From an uncultured virus (IMG/VR IMGVR_UViG_3300002097_000869) (Duplodnaviria > Heunggongvirae > Uroviricota > Caudoviricetes): a stretch of DNA of 64,000 nucleotides. Location: IMG/VR virus record IMGVR_UViG_3300002097_000869, positions 62,001 to 126,000 of that record, one strand, 5' to 3'. Every line of letters starts with the position of its first letter. The first letter of the stretch is position 1. The notes under the pieces were generated by a model, which was not told where the DNA came from, searched no databases, and saw only the letters and a program-made list of their open reading frames with translations. A program made the translations under genes and the position numbers. Of the stretch, positions 1 through 8,795 are shown in pieces.

Positions 1-1
1 T

Positions 2-76
2 TTTCATGGTCAATTTGATGTGTTGTTAAAAGACAGACAGGTTATATTAAGAAAGACAGGAATAAAAGAAGAGTAA
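2..76 (+). CDS. 3' end of a gene entering from the left edge (FHGQFDVLLKDRQVILRKTGIKEE*), product unknown
   Basis: Frame 2 is open from the window start to TAA at 74-76; the stop lies in the first bases of the IscB element. Confidence 0.6.
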   Translation, partial: FHGQFDVLLKDRQVILRKTGIKEE

Positions 77-319
77 GCAACCCCACGCCTAAGGGCGGGG
101 GCTTTCGAGTCCTTGCTTACTAGGGAACAATTCCAAAAAAGGAGTCGTTAATCGTTGAGTAGAAGAAATACATACACACCTACGGATGCTCCTCAAGTTC
201 GTAGCAACTGTGACGCTGAATTAAAAACCCCTAGGGGTAGGGGTGGTGTTCAGCGTTTAAAAACTCTACCCAACCGTCCCGATGAGGATCTAATCTTAGC
301 TTCGGCTAAGAGACAGAAC
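73..319 (+). ncRNA. omegaRNA (HEARO-like) scaffold of IscB copy 1; the guide would come from the 5' flank
   Basis: About 250-nt structured region upstream of the PLMP domain, nearly identical to 15803-16050. Hairpins include CCTACGGATGCTCCTCAAGTTCGTAG, GCTGAA...TTCAGC and CTTAGCTTCGGCTAAG. The 3' boundary is approximate. Confidence 0.8.
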
Positions 320-1569
320 TTGCGAGTCTCTGTCTATGTCTTAAACCAGCGAAGTCAGCCATTGATGCCAACAACACCAAGAAAAGCTGAGAAGCTATTG
401 AAGGAGGGAAAGGCTATAGTTGTTAAGCGAGCGCCTTTCACTATTCAGTTGACCTATTCTACGGGAGAGAACAAACAGCCCATCAGGCTAGGGGTAGATA
501 GTGGTTTCGTACACGTAGGATTATCAGCAGTTTCAAAGAAACAAGAACTTTACTCTGCCGAGGTTCAACTACGAATCGATATAGTGAATTTATTATCGGA
601 ACGTAGGTCTTATAGGAGAAATCGTAGAAATAGAAAGACTCGCTATCGTCAAGCTCGTTTCCTTAATCGAGGTATAAAAAAAGGCTGGCGGGCTCCTTCT
701 ATTCAGCACAAATTGGATAGCCATATTAGGTTGGTAAACAAGGTTAAGCAAATCTTACCCATTACTGAGGTGGTGGTAGAGGTAGCCTCGTTTGATATTC
801 AGAAGATAAAGAACCCAGAGATAAGTGGTAAACAGTATCAAGAGGGGGAACAAAAGGACTTTTGGAACACCAGAGAATACATCCTTCATAGAGATGACCA
901 TAAGTGCTGCCATTGTAAGGGTAAATCAAAGGACCCCATTCTTAGTGTTCACCATTTGGAATCTAGGAAGACTGGTGGTGATAAACCAGCTAATTTGATA
1001 ACGCTGTGTAAGACGTGCCACGATGATTACCATGGTGGAAAAATTGAATTGAAAGCGAAACCTTCCAAAGGGTTCAAAGCTGAAGTTTTTATGACAATGG
1101 TACGATGGCGCTTAGTAGAACAGTTGCAATGTAGGTACATCTATGGCTATGTCACCAAACAAGCTAGGGTATTGTTAGGCTTGCCTAAGAGCCATATCAA
1201 CGACGCATTTGTAATCGTGAGTTCAGGGGCGTGTCCTAGAAGCCAAACCTACTTTATTAAGCAGGTTAGAAAGCAAAATCGTAAGCTCTTTAAGGGACTA
1301 CATAGTGGAATAAGAAACACAGCAACTCGTTATATCCAAGGTTTTCAACGGTATGATAAAGTACTATGGAAGGGACAGGAGTGTTTTGTGTTTGGTAGAC
1401 GAACCACGGGTTACTTTGACCTGAGATTATTAGACGGCACCAAAGTCCATACTTCAGCTAAGGCTAAGGACTGTGTTAGACTAGAAAGCGGTAAAACGTT
1501 ACTAACCCAAATAAGGAGCAGCGCTTCCTCCCCATGGTTAAAACCAAGGGTTTCCGCGCTGGAGATTCA
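73..1569 (+). mobile_element. IS200/IS605-superfamily IscB (OMEGA) element, copy 1; no tnpA
   Basis: Left end GTAAGCAACCCCACGCCTAAGGGCGGGGGCTTT hairpin and right end CTTCCTCCCCATGGTTAAAACCAAGGGTTTCCGCGCTGGAGATTCA; both ends are shared with copies at 15803-17288 and 58778-59034. Confidence 0.9.
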
Positions 1570-1573
1570 ATGA
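320..1573 (+). CDS. iscB: IscB RNA-guided endonuclease (PLMP, RuvC, bridge helix, HNH)
   Basis: VYVLN..PLMP, RuvC-I LGVDSG, RRSYRRNRR helix, RuvC-II VVVEVASFD, HNH VHHLES..NLITLCKTCH, RuvC-III SHINDA. Start placed at TTG 320 because the ORF-track extension from 155 runs through the omegaRNA. Confidence 0.93.
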   Translation: MRVSVYVLNQRSQPLMPTTPRKAEKLLKEGKAIVVKRAPFTIQLTYSTGENKQPIRLGVDSGFVHVGLSAVSKKQELYSAEVQLRIDIVNLLSERRSYRRNRRNRKTRYRQARFLNRGIKKGWRAPSIQHKLDSHIRLVNKVKQILPITEVVVEVASFDIQKIKNPEISGKQYQEGEQKDFWNTREYILHRDDHKCCHCKGKSKDPILSVHHLESRKTGGDKPANLITLCKTCHDDYHGGKIELKAKPSKGFKAEVFMTMVRWRLVEQLQCRYIYGYVTKQARVLLGLPKSHINDAFVIVSSGACPRSQTYFIKQVRKQNRKLFKGLHSGIRNTATRYIQGFQRYDKVLWKGQECFVFGRRTTGYFDLRLLDGTKVHTSAKAKDCVRLESGKTLLTQIRSSASSPWLKPRVSALEIQ

Positions 1574-2229
1574 CTGCTTTAGCTATAGTAGGAGCAGGGG
1601 GCCATGGTAGAGAGGTTTTATTATATTCTCAAGGGGTGCATGATTATAAATTTGAGGACGTATTTTTTCTTGACGATAATGAGAAACTAATAGGTTCTTA
1701 TGTTTGTGATGCTTTGGTATTAGGTACAATAGAGGGGACCGTTGAAAGGCTGGATCCAGAAGATACCCTTTTTGTATGTGCCGTGGGTTCCCCTTATTTA
1801 CGTATGGCCTTTGTTAACAGAGTACTCGCTGTGTGGGGCGACAGGGCTAAGTTCGCAAACATAGTGCATAGTAGTATTTTTTTATCGAAGTTTGTAAGTT
1901 TGGGTGTCGGGAGTATGGTTTGTCCTGGTACCTTAGTGACTACCAATGTAAAGATAGGTAACCATGTGAGTGTAAATTTGAATTGCACTCTAAGTCACGA
2001 TGTTGTTATCGAGGACTTTGTGAATTTATCCCCCGCTGTACATTTATGTGGCGGTAGTATTCTTCGGGAGGGGTGCGACATAGGGGCGGCTGTAACTGTA
2101 ATACCTAAGGTAGAAATTGGGGAGGGGGCTGTAGTAGGTGCCGGTGCTTGTGTTATTTCTGATATTCCACCACATAGTCTGGCTGTTGGTGTTCCTGCCA
2201 GAATTGTTCGTCACAATTTAAATAAGTGA
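1570..2229 (+). CDS. NeuD/PglD-type sugar N/O-acetyltransferase (left-handed beta-helix)
   Basis: AIVGAGGHGREV Rossmann N-terminus, NIVH, SHD and hexapeptide repeats, C-terminal VGVPAR; ATG at 1570 after GGAG. Confidence 0.88.
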   Translation: MTALAIVGAGGHGREVLLYSQGVHDYKFEDVFFLDDNEKLIGSYVCDALVLGTIEGTVERLDPEDTLFVCAVGSPYLRMAFVNRVLAVWGDRAKFANIVHSSIFLSKFVSLGVGSMVCPGTLVTTNVKIGNHVSVNLNCTLSHDVVIEDFVNLSPAVHLCGGSILREGCDIGAAVTVIPKVEIGEGAVVGAGACVISDIPPHSLAVGVPARIVRHNLNK

Positions 2230-2236
2230 GGGCCTT

Positions 2237-3262
2237 ATGAAAATATTAGTTTGCTGTCCGGGGTCTTGGCGTCATGGTTTAGATAGCCCAGAAAGAGGGG
2301 AGGGTCGTTGGGCACAAAATTTAGCTCGTTTGCTAGGAAAGCTGGGGCATGATGTATATGCCTGTAGTATGGGTGCTCCTATATGGGGGGAAGGTATAGT
2401 TGCTCAGAACGTGCGTCTTATACAAGAGCACGAGGCTAAGCAATTCCAGCCTTTTGATATATACATAGATACTGCTTGGTGGAATGAGAAGGTTCCCTCT
2501 GCTACAGCAAAGAAAAATTTCCATGTCCACTGGTCATTAGAGCAGCATTTAAGAACAGTTAACTTTCCAAAAGACCACTATATTATTTATCCCTATTATA
2601 GTTCAAAAGAATATTTTATTGGGGATTTTAATCCTATAAATGATAGAACTTTCTTTTTACCCGTTCCTCTATGTGAGACATTTGCTGAGCCTTCTTTTGA
2701 TAAAAAAAGTTTACTTTGTCCTACAAGCGGTAATTCTTGGGACCATGCTCCTTACGAGTTATTTTCTATTTTTTCTAGGGTTTTGAAGGAAATCTTAAAA
2801 GAAAACCCTGATTTATCTACTGATTGGTTGTTTAGTGACGCTCTTGTGCCACCAATATCCAAGCGTAATCTTATTAGCGAGTTGGATAATCGGGCAGGAA
2901 AAGATAGGTTTCATAGAACCTTACCATACCATAAAGTAATGTCTATTATTTCCAGTTGTAAGTTAGCTGTTCCCCTTAGAATACAGGGCTGCCTATTGGA
3001 TTCAACCGCCCTTGGTGTCCCTACTATTGTTTGGGAAGAGTGTTGCTGGTTCCCAAGAATTAAACAAATAGCGGAAAATAACGGTGTTCTTATAGAAAAG
3101 GGAAATGAAACATGTGATAGACTTAAGCATATTGTTTCTTTACTTCTTACAGATAAAGAATTATATATAAAGTATGTTAAGGAGCTTCAAGGTGAACTTG
3201 GTCATCATACAGAGGCCGGTACTGCAGCGTGTTTTAATCATATATTGGAACAGATTTTTTAA
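2237..3262 (+). CDS. Putative GT-B fold glycosyltransferase, paralog A
   Basis: N-terminal G-E-x-x-A-x-N-L-A..GHDV and C-terminal LLDSTALGVPTI resemble GT4; paralog of 5658-6656; sugar-operon context. Confidence 0.55.
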   Translation: MKILVCCPGSWRHGLDSPERGEGRWAQNLARLLGKLGHDVYACSMGAPIWGEGIVAQNVRLIQEHEAKQFQPFDIYIDTAWWNEKVPSATAKKNFHVHWSLEQHLRTVNFPKDHYIIYPYYSSKEYFIGDFNPINDRTFFLPVPLCETFAEPSFDKKSLLCPTSGNSWDHAPYELFSIFSRVLKEILKENPDLSTDWLFSDALVPPISKRNLISELDNRAGKDRFHRTLPYHKVMSIISSCKLAVPLRIQGCLLDSTALGVPTIVWEECCWFPRIKQIAENNGVLIEKGNETCDRLKHIVSLLLTDKELYIKYVKELQGELGHHTEAGTAACFNHILEQIF

Positions 3263-3280
3263 TCGTATTTAGGAGGCACA

Positions 3281-4231
3281 ATGTCTTTCAAAAGATTAAA
3301 TATTTTTATTACAGGTATAAATGGTTTTCTAGGAACTGCTACGGCAGAATATTTTTTAAACTGTGGTGCACATGTTATCGGTTTAGTTAGAGATCAGAAT
3401 AGAAAGACAATGAGGGGGATTCAGGATAGATGTTCCATTGTTTATGGGGATGTTACTGATAAGTCATTGGTTCAGCGTATTATTTCCCATTATGAGGTTG
3501 ACTATGTTATACATCTTGCCTCTCAGCCCATAGTTAAGATTTGTGATAATGACCCCTATACTGCTTATAATACTAATGTTATGGGCGTTGTTAGTGTTTT
3601 GGAGGCGTGCAGAGTAATGAGGCAGGCAGCACCACGGGTCTTGGTAATGTCCTCGGATAAGTTCTATAGTAATGCACAAGAGCTTCCTTATGTAGAGGAT
3701 TTATCCCCTATTGTCTCTGATACATATTGTACGTCCAAGCTATGCCAAGATTTTATTGCCCGTTCATACGCTATTACCTATAACCTACCTATATTTACGG
3801 CTCGTGCGGGTAACATCTACGGTCCAGGGGACTTGAACTTGTCTCGTCTTATACCAAAAAACACCATTAGAATTCTTGAGGGTGATAATCCGGTTTTGTA
3901 TGGTCAGGCGGCTGAGTTTGTTAGGGAATTTTTGTACATAGACGATATAATGACTGCTTTTGACACACTACTTACAAAAGCGGTTCCAGGGGAGGCCTAT
4001 AATATTGGTGGTACCAAGCCGTATAAGATACTAGATGTTTTAGAACTCTTAAGAGACAAGATAAACCCAAATATTAAAATAGATGTAGTTGATGTTGATT
4101 TTTACGAAATAAGCAAGCAGTATTTAGACGCTTCGAAACTCATGTCTTTAGGGTGGTGCCCTAAGGTTTCTTTGGACGAAGGTTTGTCTCGAACTATTTC
4201 TTGGTATAAAGACTATTTAAATAGGGTTTAA
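3281..4231 (+). CDS. NDP-sugar dehydratase/epimerase (extended SDR, CDP-glucose 4,6-dehydratase-like)
   Basis: ITGINGFLG, HLASQP, SSDK, YCTSK, R-x-GNIYGPGD, REFLYIDD. Confidence 0.9.
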   Translation: MSFKRLNIFITGINGFLGTATAEYFLNCGAHVIGLVRDQNRKTMRGIQDRCSIVYGDVTDKSLVQRIISHYEVDYVIHLASQPIVKICDNDPYTAYNTNVMGVVSVLEACRVMRQAAPRVLVMSSDKFYSNAQELPYVEDLSPIVSDTYCTSKLCQDFIARSYAITYNLPIFTARAGNIYGPGDLNLSRLIPKNTIRILEGDNPVLYGQAAEFVREFLYIDDIMTAFDTLLTKAVPGEAYNIGGTKPYKILDVLELLRDKINPNIKIDVVDVDFYEISKQYLDASKLMSLGWCPKVSLDEGLSRTISWYKDYLNRV

Positions 4232-4236
4232 ATAAA

Positions 4237-4884
4237 ATGTACAAAAAATACGAAAAGGTTTTGTTAGAAGAGTGTGGCATAGATTTTAATCGCTATATAA
4301 CCGTTTTGGCTAATAATGGTAACACTACTGGTATATATGCTGACGTTGCTTTGTTACTGTATAGGTTAGTAAGGTTTAGTGGTACTAATAGTGTGTTGGA
4401 GTTTGGTAGTGGCATGAGTACCCTTATACTGTCAAAGGCTTGTATGGATTATGGTAAGAATTTGGTGGTGGGAGAGTCCGGGCGTAAGTGGTATAATATA
4501 ACAAAGGTGTGTTTAGATGCACTGTCTTTAAACAGCAGAGGGTTTGTGTGTACAGATAGCGATGAAAGTAAGTTTCCTGTTTTGGATGGTCCTGTTTCCT
4601 TAGTGTGGGTTGATGGTACTGTTTCCGAAGTACAGGGGCCTGGGTATAATAGGCTGGGGTCTTGTGAGTATTATTGGAATAGTATAAAAGGGGCCTGCCT
4701 TCTTTTTGATGATTCTGAGTCTGCTTATATGTCTGGTATTAAACCAGTACTTGAACAAAACGGCAGAAGTGACGATAGTTATTTTTTATTTAATCCAACC
4801 GGGAGAGGTGATAGGCAGGTCTTGGTTTCTGTACCAGAGTCTGGTGAACAATTTTTAGACGTTGTAAAATCTTGTATTCTTTAA
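4237..4884 (+). CDS. Class I SAM-dependent methyltransferase
   Basis: VLEFGSGMST motif I, LVWVDG, LLFDD. Confidence 0.75.
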   Translation: MYKKYEKVLLEECGIDFNRYITVLANNGNTTGIYADVALLLYRLVRFSGTNSVLEFGSGMSTLILSKACMDYGKNLVVGESGRKWYNITKVCLDALSLNSRGFVCTDSDESKFPVLDGPVSLVWVDGTVSEVQGPGYNRLGSCEYYWNSIKGACLLFDDSESAYMSGIKPVLEQNGRSDDSYFLFNPTGRGDRQVLVSVPESGEQFLDVVKSCIL

Positions 4885-4894
4885 GGGGGGTATC

Positions 4895-5656
4895 ATGAGT
4901 TATAGAATTTCAGAAGAACAAATACGAAAAGATCAGGCAGAATTTAAGAAGGAGTATCCTCCGTTTGTGCCTTTTGCACTAAATTCTAGTGATAAAAATA
5001 AGTTAGCTAATAAGTTTTCTTCCCTACTAGTAACACAAAACGGAATGGACACAGACGACTACTGTGTTAATGATAACAACAAGGTAGAGACGTATTTAAA
5101 GGACGTAAAACCTGGCAGCACTGTTTTACTTTTGGGTACGGGTACAGGAAGAGAGGTGCTGGTGGCTAAAGAGATGGGGTTTTTAGCTATAGGTACGACT
5201 TTGGGTTCACGAAATGTTTATTTTGGTCACAAGTTTTTGCGTTTGGGTCCGAGTGAGTTAGTTGAGTGTGCAAACGAGGTCCTACCTTTTAGAAACAATT
5301 CTTTTGACGTTGTAGCTGGGTTCCAAGTATTTGAACATGCCATAGCTCCGTTTTTATTTTTGATGGAGTTACGAAGGGTTTTGAAGTACGGGGGAAGGGT
5401 TTTAATGGAGTGGCCTCCTGCGTCAGACTACCATATGGGCCAAAATCCCCACCATCAAGTTTGTTACTGTCCTGGACAGGCGGAGTCCTTGTTACAAAAG
5501 GCTTGTTTTGAAAATATAAAGTCCTATTATAGTAATTTGCAGCCCATACCAGACGATGAAGTATGGTCTGCTAGGAATCACGGGCATATGTTGTGTGTTG
5601 AGGGCATAAAAAGTAGGGCCGAACAAGATTTTGTTGGTTTGTATTTAGGAGCTTAG
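4895..5656 (+). CDS. Class I SAM-dependent methyltransferase (type 11-like)
   Basis: VLLLGTGTG, LPFRNNSFDVV, VFEH, ELRRVLKYGG. Confidence 0.85.
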   Translation: MSYRISEEQIRKDQAEFKKEYPPFVPFALNSSDKNKLANKFSSLLVTQNGMDTDDYCVNDNNKVETYLKDVKPGSTVLLLGTGTGREVLVAKEMGFLAIGTTLGSRNVYFGHKFLRLGPSELVECANEVLPFRNNSFDVVAGFQVFEHAIAPFLFLMELRRVLKYGGRVLMEWPPASDYHMGQNPHHQVCYCPGQAESLLQKACFENIKSYYSNLQPIPDDEVWSARNHGHMLCVEGIKSRAEQDFVGLYLGA

Positions 5657-5657
5657 G

Positions 5658-6656
5658 GTGAAGGTACATATTAATTGCCCTGGTATGTGGAGGGCGGACT
5701 TGGAAAGCCCAGAAAGGGGAGAGAGCAGGTGGGCTCAAAACTTAGTTAAGTTGTTGGGCACTGCAGGGCACGAGGTTTATGCTTCTAGTTATGGGTACCC
5801 AGAGTGGGTTAACCCTCCTGTTCCTAATGTTACCCTACTTAATGAGACGATGGATATGAGGGTATTGGGGAAGCTAGACTTACACATAGACGCTTCTTGG
5901 TGGGACGGTAAGGTTTTTCCAATAGATGCTAAGAAGAAGGTAATGGTTAAGTGGTCATTAGAAGACTATTTAAAAAAAGAGCCGTTACCAAAAGACCATT
6001 ACCTATTTTATCCTTATGAGTCTAGGGAAGTTTTATTTATGAATGACCAAAACCCAAGTAGGGATAGAACTTTTTTTATGCCTATACCTTTGTGTGAAAA
6101 GTTTGAAGAACCAAAGTTTAATAACAAAGGTATTTTATGGCCCTCAAAGGGGTTAGACGTAGAGGCAGGCTTTAAGGGGACGGCTGCATTTGTTTTGAAA
6201 GAGGTTTTATATCCCCTCCTTGAGCAAGATAATTCATTATTCGTTATTTGGATGATGTACCATGAACTTATAAAAACTGATTTAGATATACGAGTACGTA
6301 ATGGAATAGATGAAAGATATCCTTCATGTGCTTATAATGTAGTTATTGACCTGTTAAAAAGAAGTAAAATAGCTTTACCAATAAACCATCCCGGATCTAT
6401 ATTAGAATGTGCAGCCTATGGTGTAGCTAGTCTTATATGGGAAGACGCTGGGTTTTTTCCTGAGGTAGCCAAAAATAATGGTTTATTAATTGAGCGTGGG
6501 GCTAAAAAAGAAAGGATTAAAGAAGTTATATTACAACTTCTTAACGATGAATCAGTATACAATAAATACGTAAAAGATTTACAGTACGTATTAAGACATC
6601 ATGAAAACCCAACAGCTCTTTCTATATTTAATGATATAATGAGCAAGATATTTTAG
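5658..6656 (+). CDS. Putative GT-B fold glycosyltransferase, paralog B
   Basis: CPGMW..SPERGESRWAQNL..GHEVYA shared with 2237-3262; ILECAAYGV. Confidence 0.55.
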   Translation: MKVHINCPGMWRADLESPERGESRWAQNLVKLLGTAGHEVYASSYGYPEWVNPPVPNVTLLNETMDMRVLGKLDLHIDASWWDGKVFPIDAKKKVMVKWSLEDYLKKEPLPKDHYLFYPYESREVLFMNDQNPSRDRTFFMPIPLCEKFEEPKFNNKGILWPSKGLDVEAGFKGTAAFVLKEVLYPLLEQDNSLFVIWMMYHELIKTDLDIRVRNGIDERYPSCAYNVVIDLLKRSKIALPINHPGSILECAAYGVASLIWEDAGFFPEVAKNNGLLIERGAKKERIKEVILQLLNDESVYNKYVKDLQYVLRHHENPTALSIFNDIMSKIF

Positions 6657-6676
6657 CTTTCCTAGGAGGATTTAAA

Positions 6677-7558
6677 ATGACCGACCTACCCATCGTTTAT
6701 TGTGCTATGTGTAAAAACAACCTTTTTCAGTTAAATGAGGCTGTTGAATCTGTTCTTCCGTTTGTTGACTATGTTGTATTGGTTGACGGAGGCTCAGACG
6801 ATTGCACGCTATTCCATTTTCATGGAAGGGAGGACGAGGGTATACACCTATTTTTACACCCATGGAAAGACCATTTTTCTGAGCAGAGAAATAATTATAT
6901 AAAGAGGGCCAGGGAGGTTGTGGGTTCGGACTCCTTTTGGATTTTGGTTAGTGACCCAGATGAGCACTTTGATTCACAAACCTTGATGTCTTTGAGGGGG
7001 GTTCAAAGTACCTGTGTTAGCAGGAGACTTAATTCCGCGATGTTCAGGTGTAGGAGTGAGTCTTACATAGGGAACAGGAAGGTGTGGGAAAATTTAGATG
7101 ATTATCGAAAGTTGTTGTTTTTTTCATACGAACCGGGTATGGAGTACAGAGGAAATCCTCACGAGCACCTTGTTTTCCCGTCCGGAAATCCCCGGCCATT
7201 GGTGACTGATCTAATTTATTCACATAAAAAGTGGGAGTCCGTTATCTGGGAGCGCGGATGTCGCAATTATTGGATTCAAGGTGGGGGCGATAACGCCGGC
7301 GTAAAAAATCAACTTTGGGTGGAATTACGCCAACTTACAAAGGACTACTACGGAAGGGACCTATCTTGGGCTGAGTTCCAAAGGGAACTTGTCTATGCAA
7401 CAATACCTGACACGGTAAAGAGTTGGATGATTAATAAAGCTAGGTTGGATACAGGCTGGAGCGGGTCATCTGAATCTAGGGAAAATTACAAATATTTTTT
7501 CCGGTTTTTACATGCAGAATTAGAACCAGAAGAACTTCGTGGAACTTATATAGAATAG
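6677..7558 (+). CDS. Family 2 (GT-A) glycosyltransferase
   Basis: VLVDGGSDDCT, WKDHFSEQRN, WILVSDPDE (DxD), YRGNPHE. Confidence 0.85.
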   Translation: MTDLPIVYCAMCKNNLFQLNEAVESVLPFVDYVVLVDGGSDDCTLFHFHGREDEGIHLFLHPWKDHFSEQRNNYIKRAREVVGSDSFWILVSDPDEHFDSQTLMSLRGVQSTCVSRRLNSAMFRCRSESYIGNRKVWENLDDYRKLLFFSYEPGMEYRGNPHEHLVFPSGNPRPLVTDLIYSHKKWESVIWERGCRNYWIQGGGDNAGVKNQLWVELRQLTKDYYGRDLSWAEFQRELVYATIPDTVKSWMINKARLDTGWSGSSESRENYKYFFRFLHAELEPEELRGTYIE

Positions 7559-7567
7559 GAGAAAAAA

Positions 7568-7861
7568 ATGAAGTACATGCCTGTAAAGGAATTTCTTGAT
7601 AGTGGTTTATTATTCTTAGTAAATAAGGATATATTGCATCCTTTAGGTCTTGCGCTGTCAGTGTCCATAAGTGAAGAGGGAGAATATAGTTTTGTGGGTA
7701 TTTGGGATTGTAGAGAAGATCCAGGCGGGCTTAGTTATGAAGAGGAAACCTATAGAGACGGGCAGGAAAAGTGGCTGAAATATTATGATGAACAAGGTAG
7801 AAATAAAATAAGTGAGAGACACACTATTTTAGGTTATGTAGTACAAGAATTAGACAAGTAG
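7568..7861 (+). CDS. Hypothetical protein
   Basis: ORF with RBS GGAG, in operon. Confidence 0.65.
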   Translation: MKYMPVKEFLDSGLLFLVNKDILHPLGLALSVSISEEGEYSFVGIWDCREDPGGLSYEEETYRDGQEKWLKYYDEQGRNKISERHTILGYVVQELDK

Positions 7862-7864
7862 ATT

Positions 7865-8788
7865 ATGAATATACTTCTTCTTGGTGGCGCTGGTCTTATA
7901 GGTCGGCAACTAGAAAAACTTCTATCAGAAGACGGTCATAAAACTACCGTTATGGACAATTTTATGACTAGTGATGGTAAAGGATACAAACCAGTTGGAA
8001 ATATTATAACAGGTAACACAACAATGTTTTCAAATGTAAAACCTGTTTTTTCTACATTTAGTCCTGATGTTGTTTTTCATTTTTCCGAGTGTTGTACGGA
8101 CAAAAATGGGGATTATGATTTCATACTTGAGTCTCAAAATAAAATAGGTACTTGTTATTCTATATTACAATCTTTAAATTTATATAGTGTAAAATATATT
8201 TTTTATGGTTCATCTTGTGAGGTTTTTTCTTCCCCCGGCCAAAAAAAATTACACGAGAATAGTAAGACAGGGGGGTTTTCATATACTGGAAAAACAAATG
8301 ATTATGTAGAAAAGTTCTTTGAAGAAGCTTCAAAATATTATGGGTTTAAATTTATTCCTATTAGATATTTTAATGTTTGTGGCGAGCGTTTAGTTCCAAA
8401 TCCTAAGTCTGATATAGTAACTTCTTTTGTTGATTTGGTATTGAATAATGTATATTTTGATATTTTTGGTCCAAATTCATTAATTGACGTTTTAGACGTT
8501 GACGATGCTGTAAAAGCAACTTATTTATTATATAAGTCTGTTGTTGAAGGTTCTTTTTGTGGACCAATAAATATTGGTTCTGGTAATCCAATAAAACTTA
8601 TAGAATTGTTCGAGAAGGTAAATTTTTCTATAACGGATGAAAAATTAAAACCAGGTAAAATGAAGTCTAATGGGAATGTAGGTTCTTTTGTGTGTGATAA
8701 TACATTGATGCGCTCTCTTGGGTGGGAGCCTTCTGTGGATATTGAGTCTAGTATAGCTAAGGTTGTAAAATTTCGCCGGGGGAAATAA
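7865..8788 (+). CDS. NAD-dependent epimerase/dehydratase family protein with degenerate catalytic motif
   Basis: LLGGAGLIG, RYFNVCG, NIGSG, LGWEP; the YxxxK region reads SYTGKTNDYVE. Confidence 0.75.
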   Translation: MNILLLGGAGLIGRQLEKLLSEDGHKTTVMDNFMTSDGKGYKPVGNIITGNTTMFSNVKPVFSTFSPDVVFHFSECCTDKNGDYDFILESQNKIGTCYSILQSLNLYSVKYIFYGSSCEVFSSPGQKKLHENSKTGGFSYTGKTNDYVEKFFEEASKYYGFKFIPIRYFNVCGERLVPNPKSDIVTSFVDLVLNNVYFDIFGPNSLIDVLDVDDAVKATYLLYKSVVEGSFCGPINIGSGNPIKLIELFEKVNFSITDEKLKPGKMKSNGNVGSFVCDNTLMRSLGWEPSVDIESSIAKVVKFRRGK

Positions 8789-8795
8789 AAAAAGA

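Noticed and set aside
155..319. N-terminal 55 aa of IscB copy 1 in the ORF track (and 15886-16053 in copy 2)
   Set aside because: This is the omegaRNA scaffold; IscB homology starts near VYVL..PLMP
1534..1569. N-terminal extension of the acetyltransferase
   Set aside because: Lies in the element's right-end hairpin; ATG 1570 has the RBS and the family start
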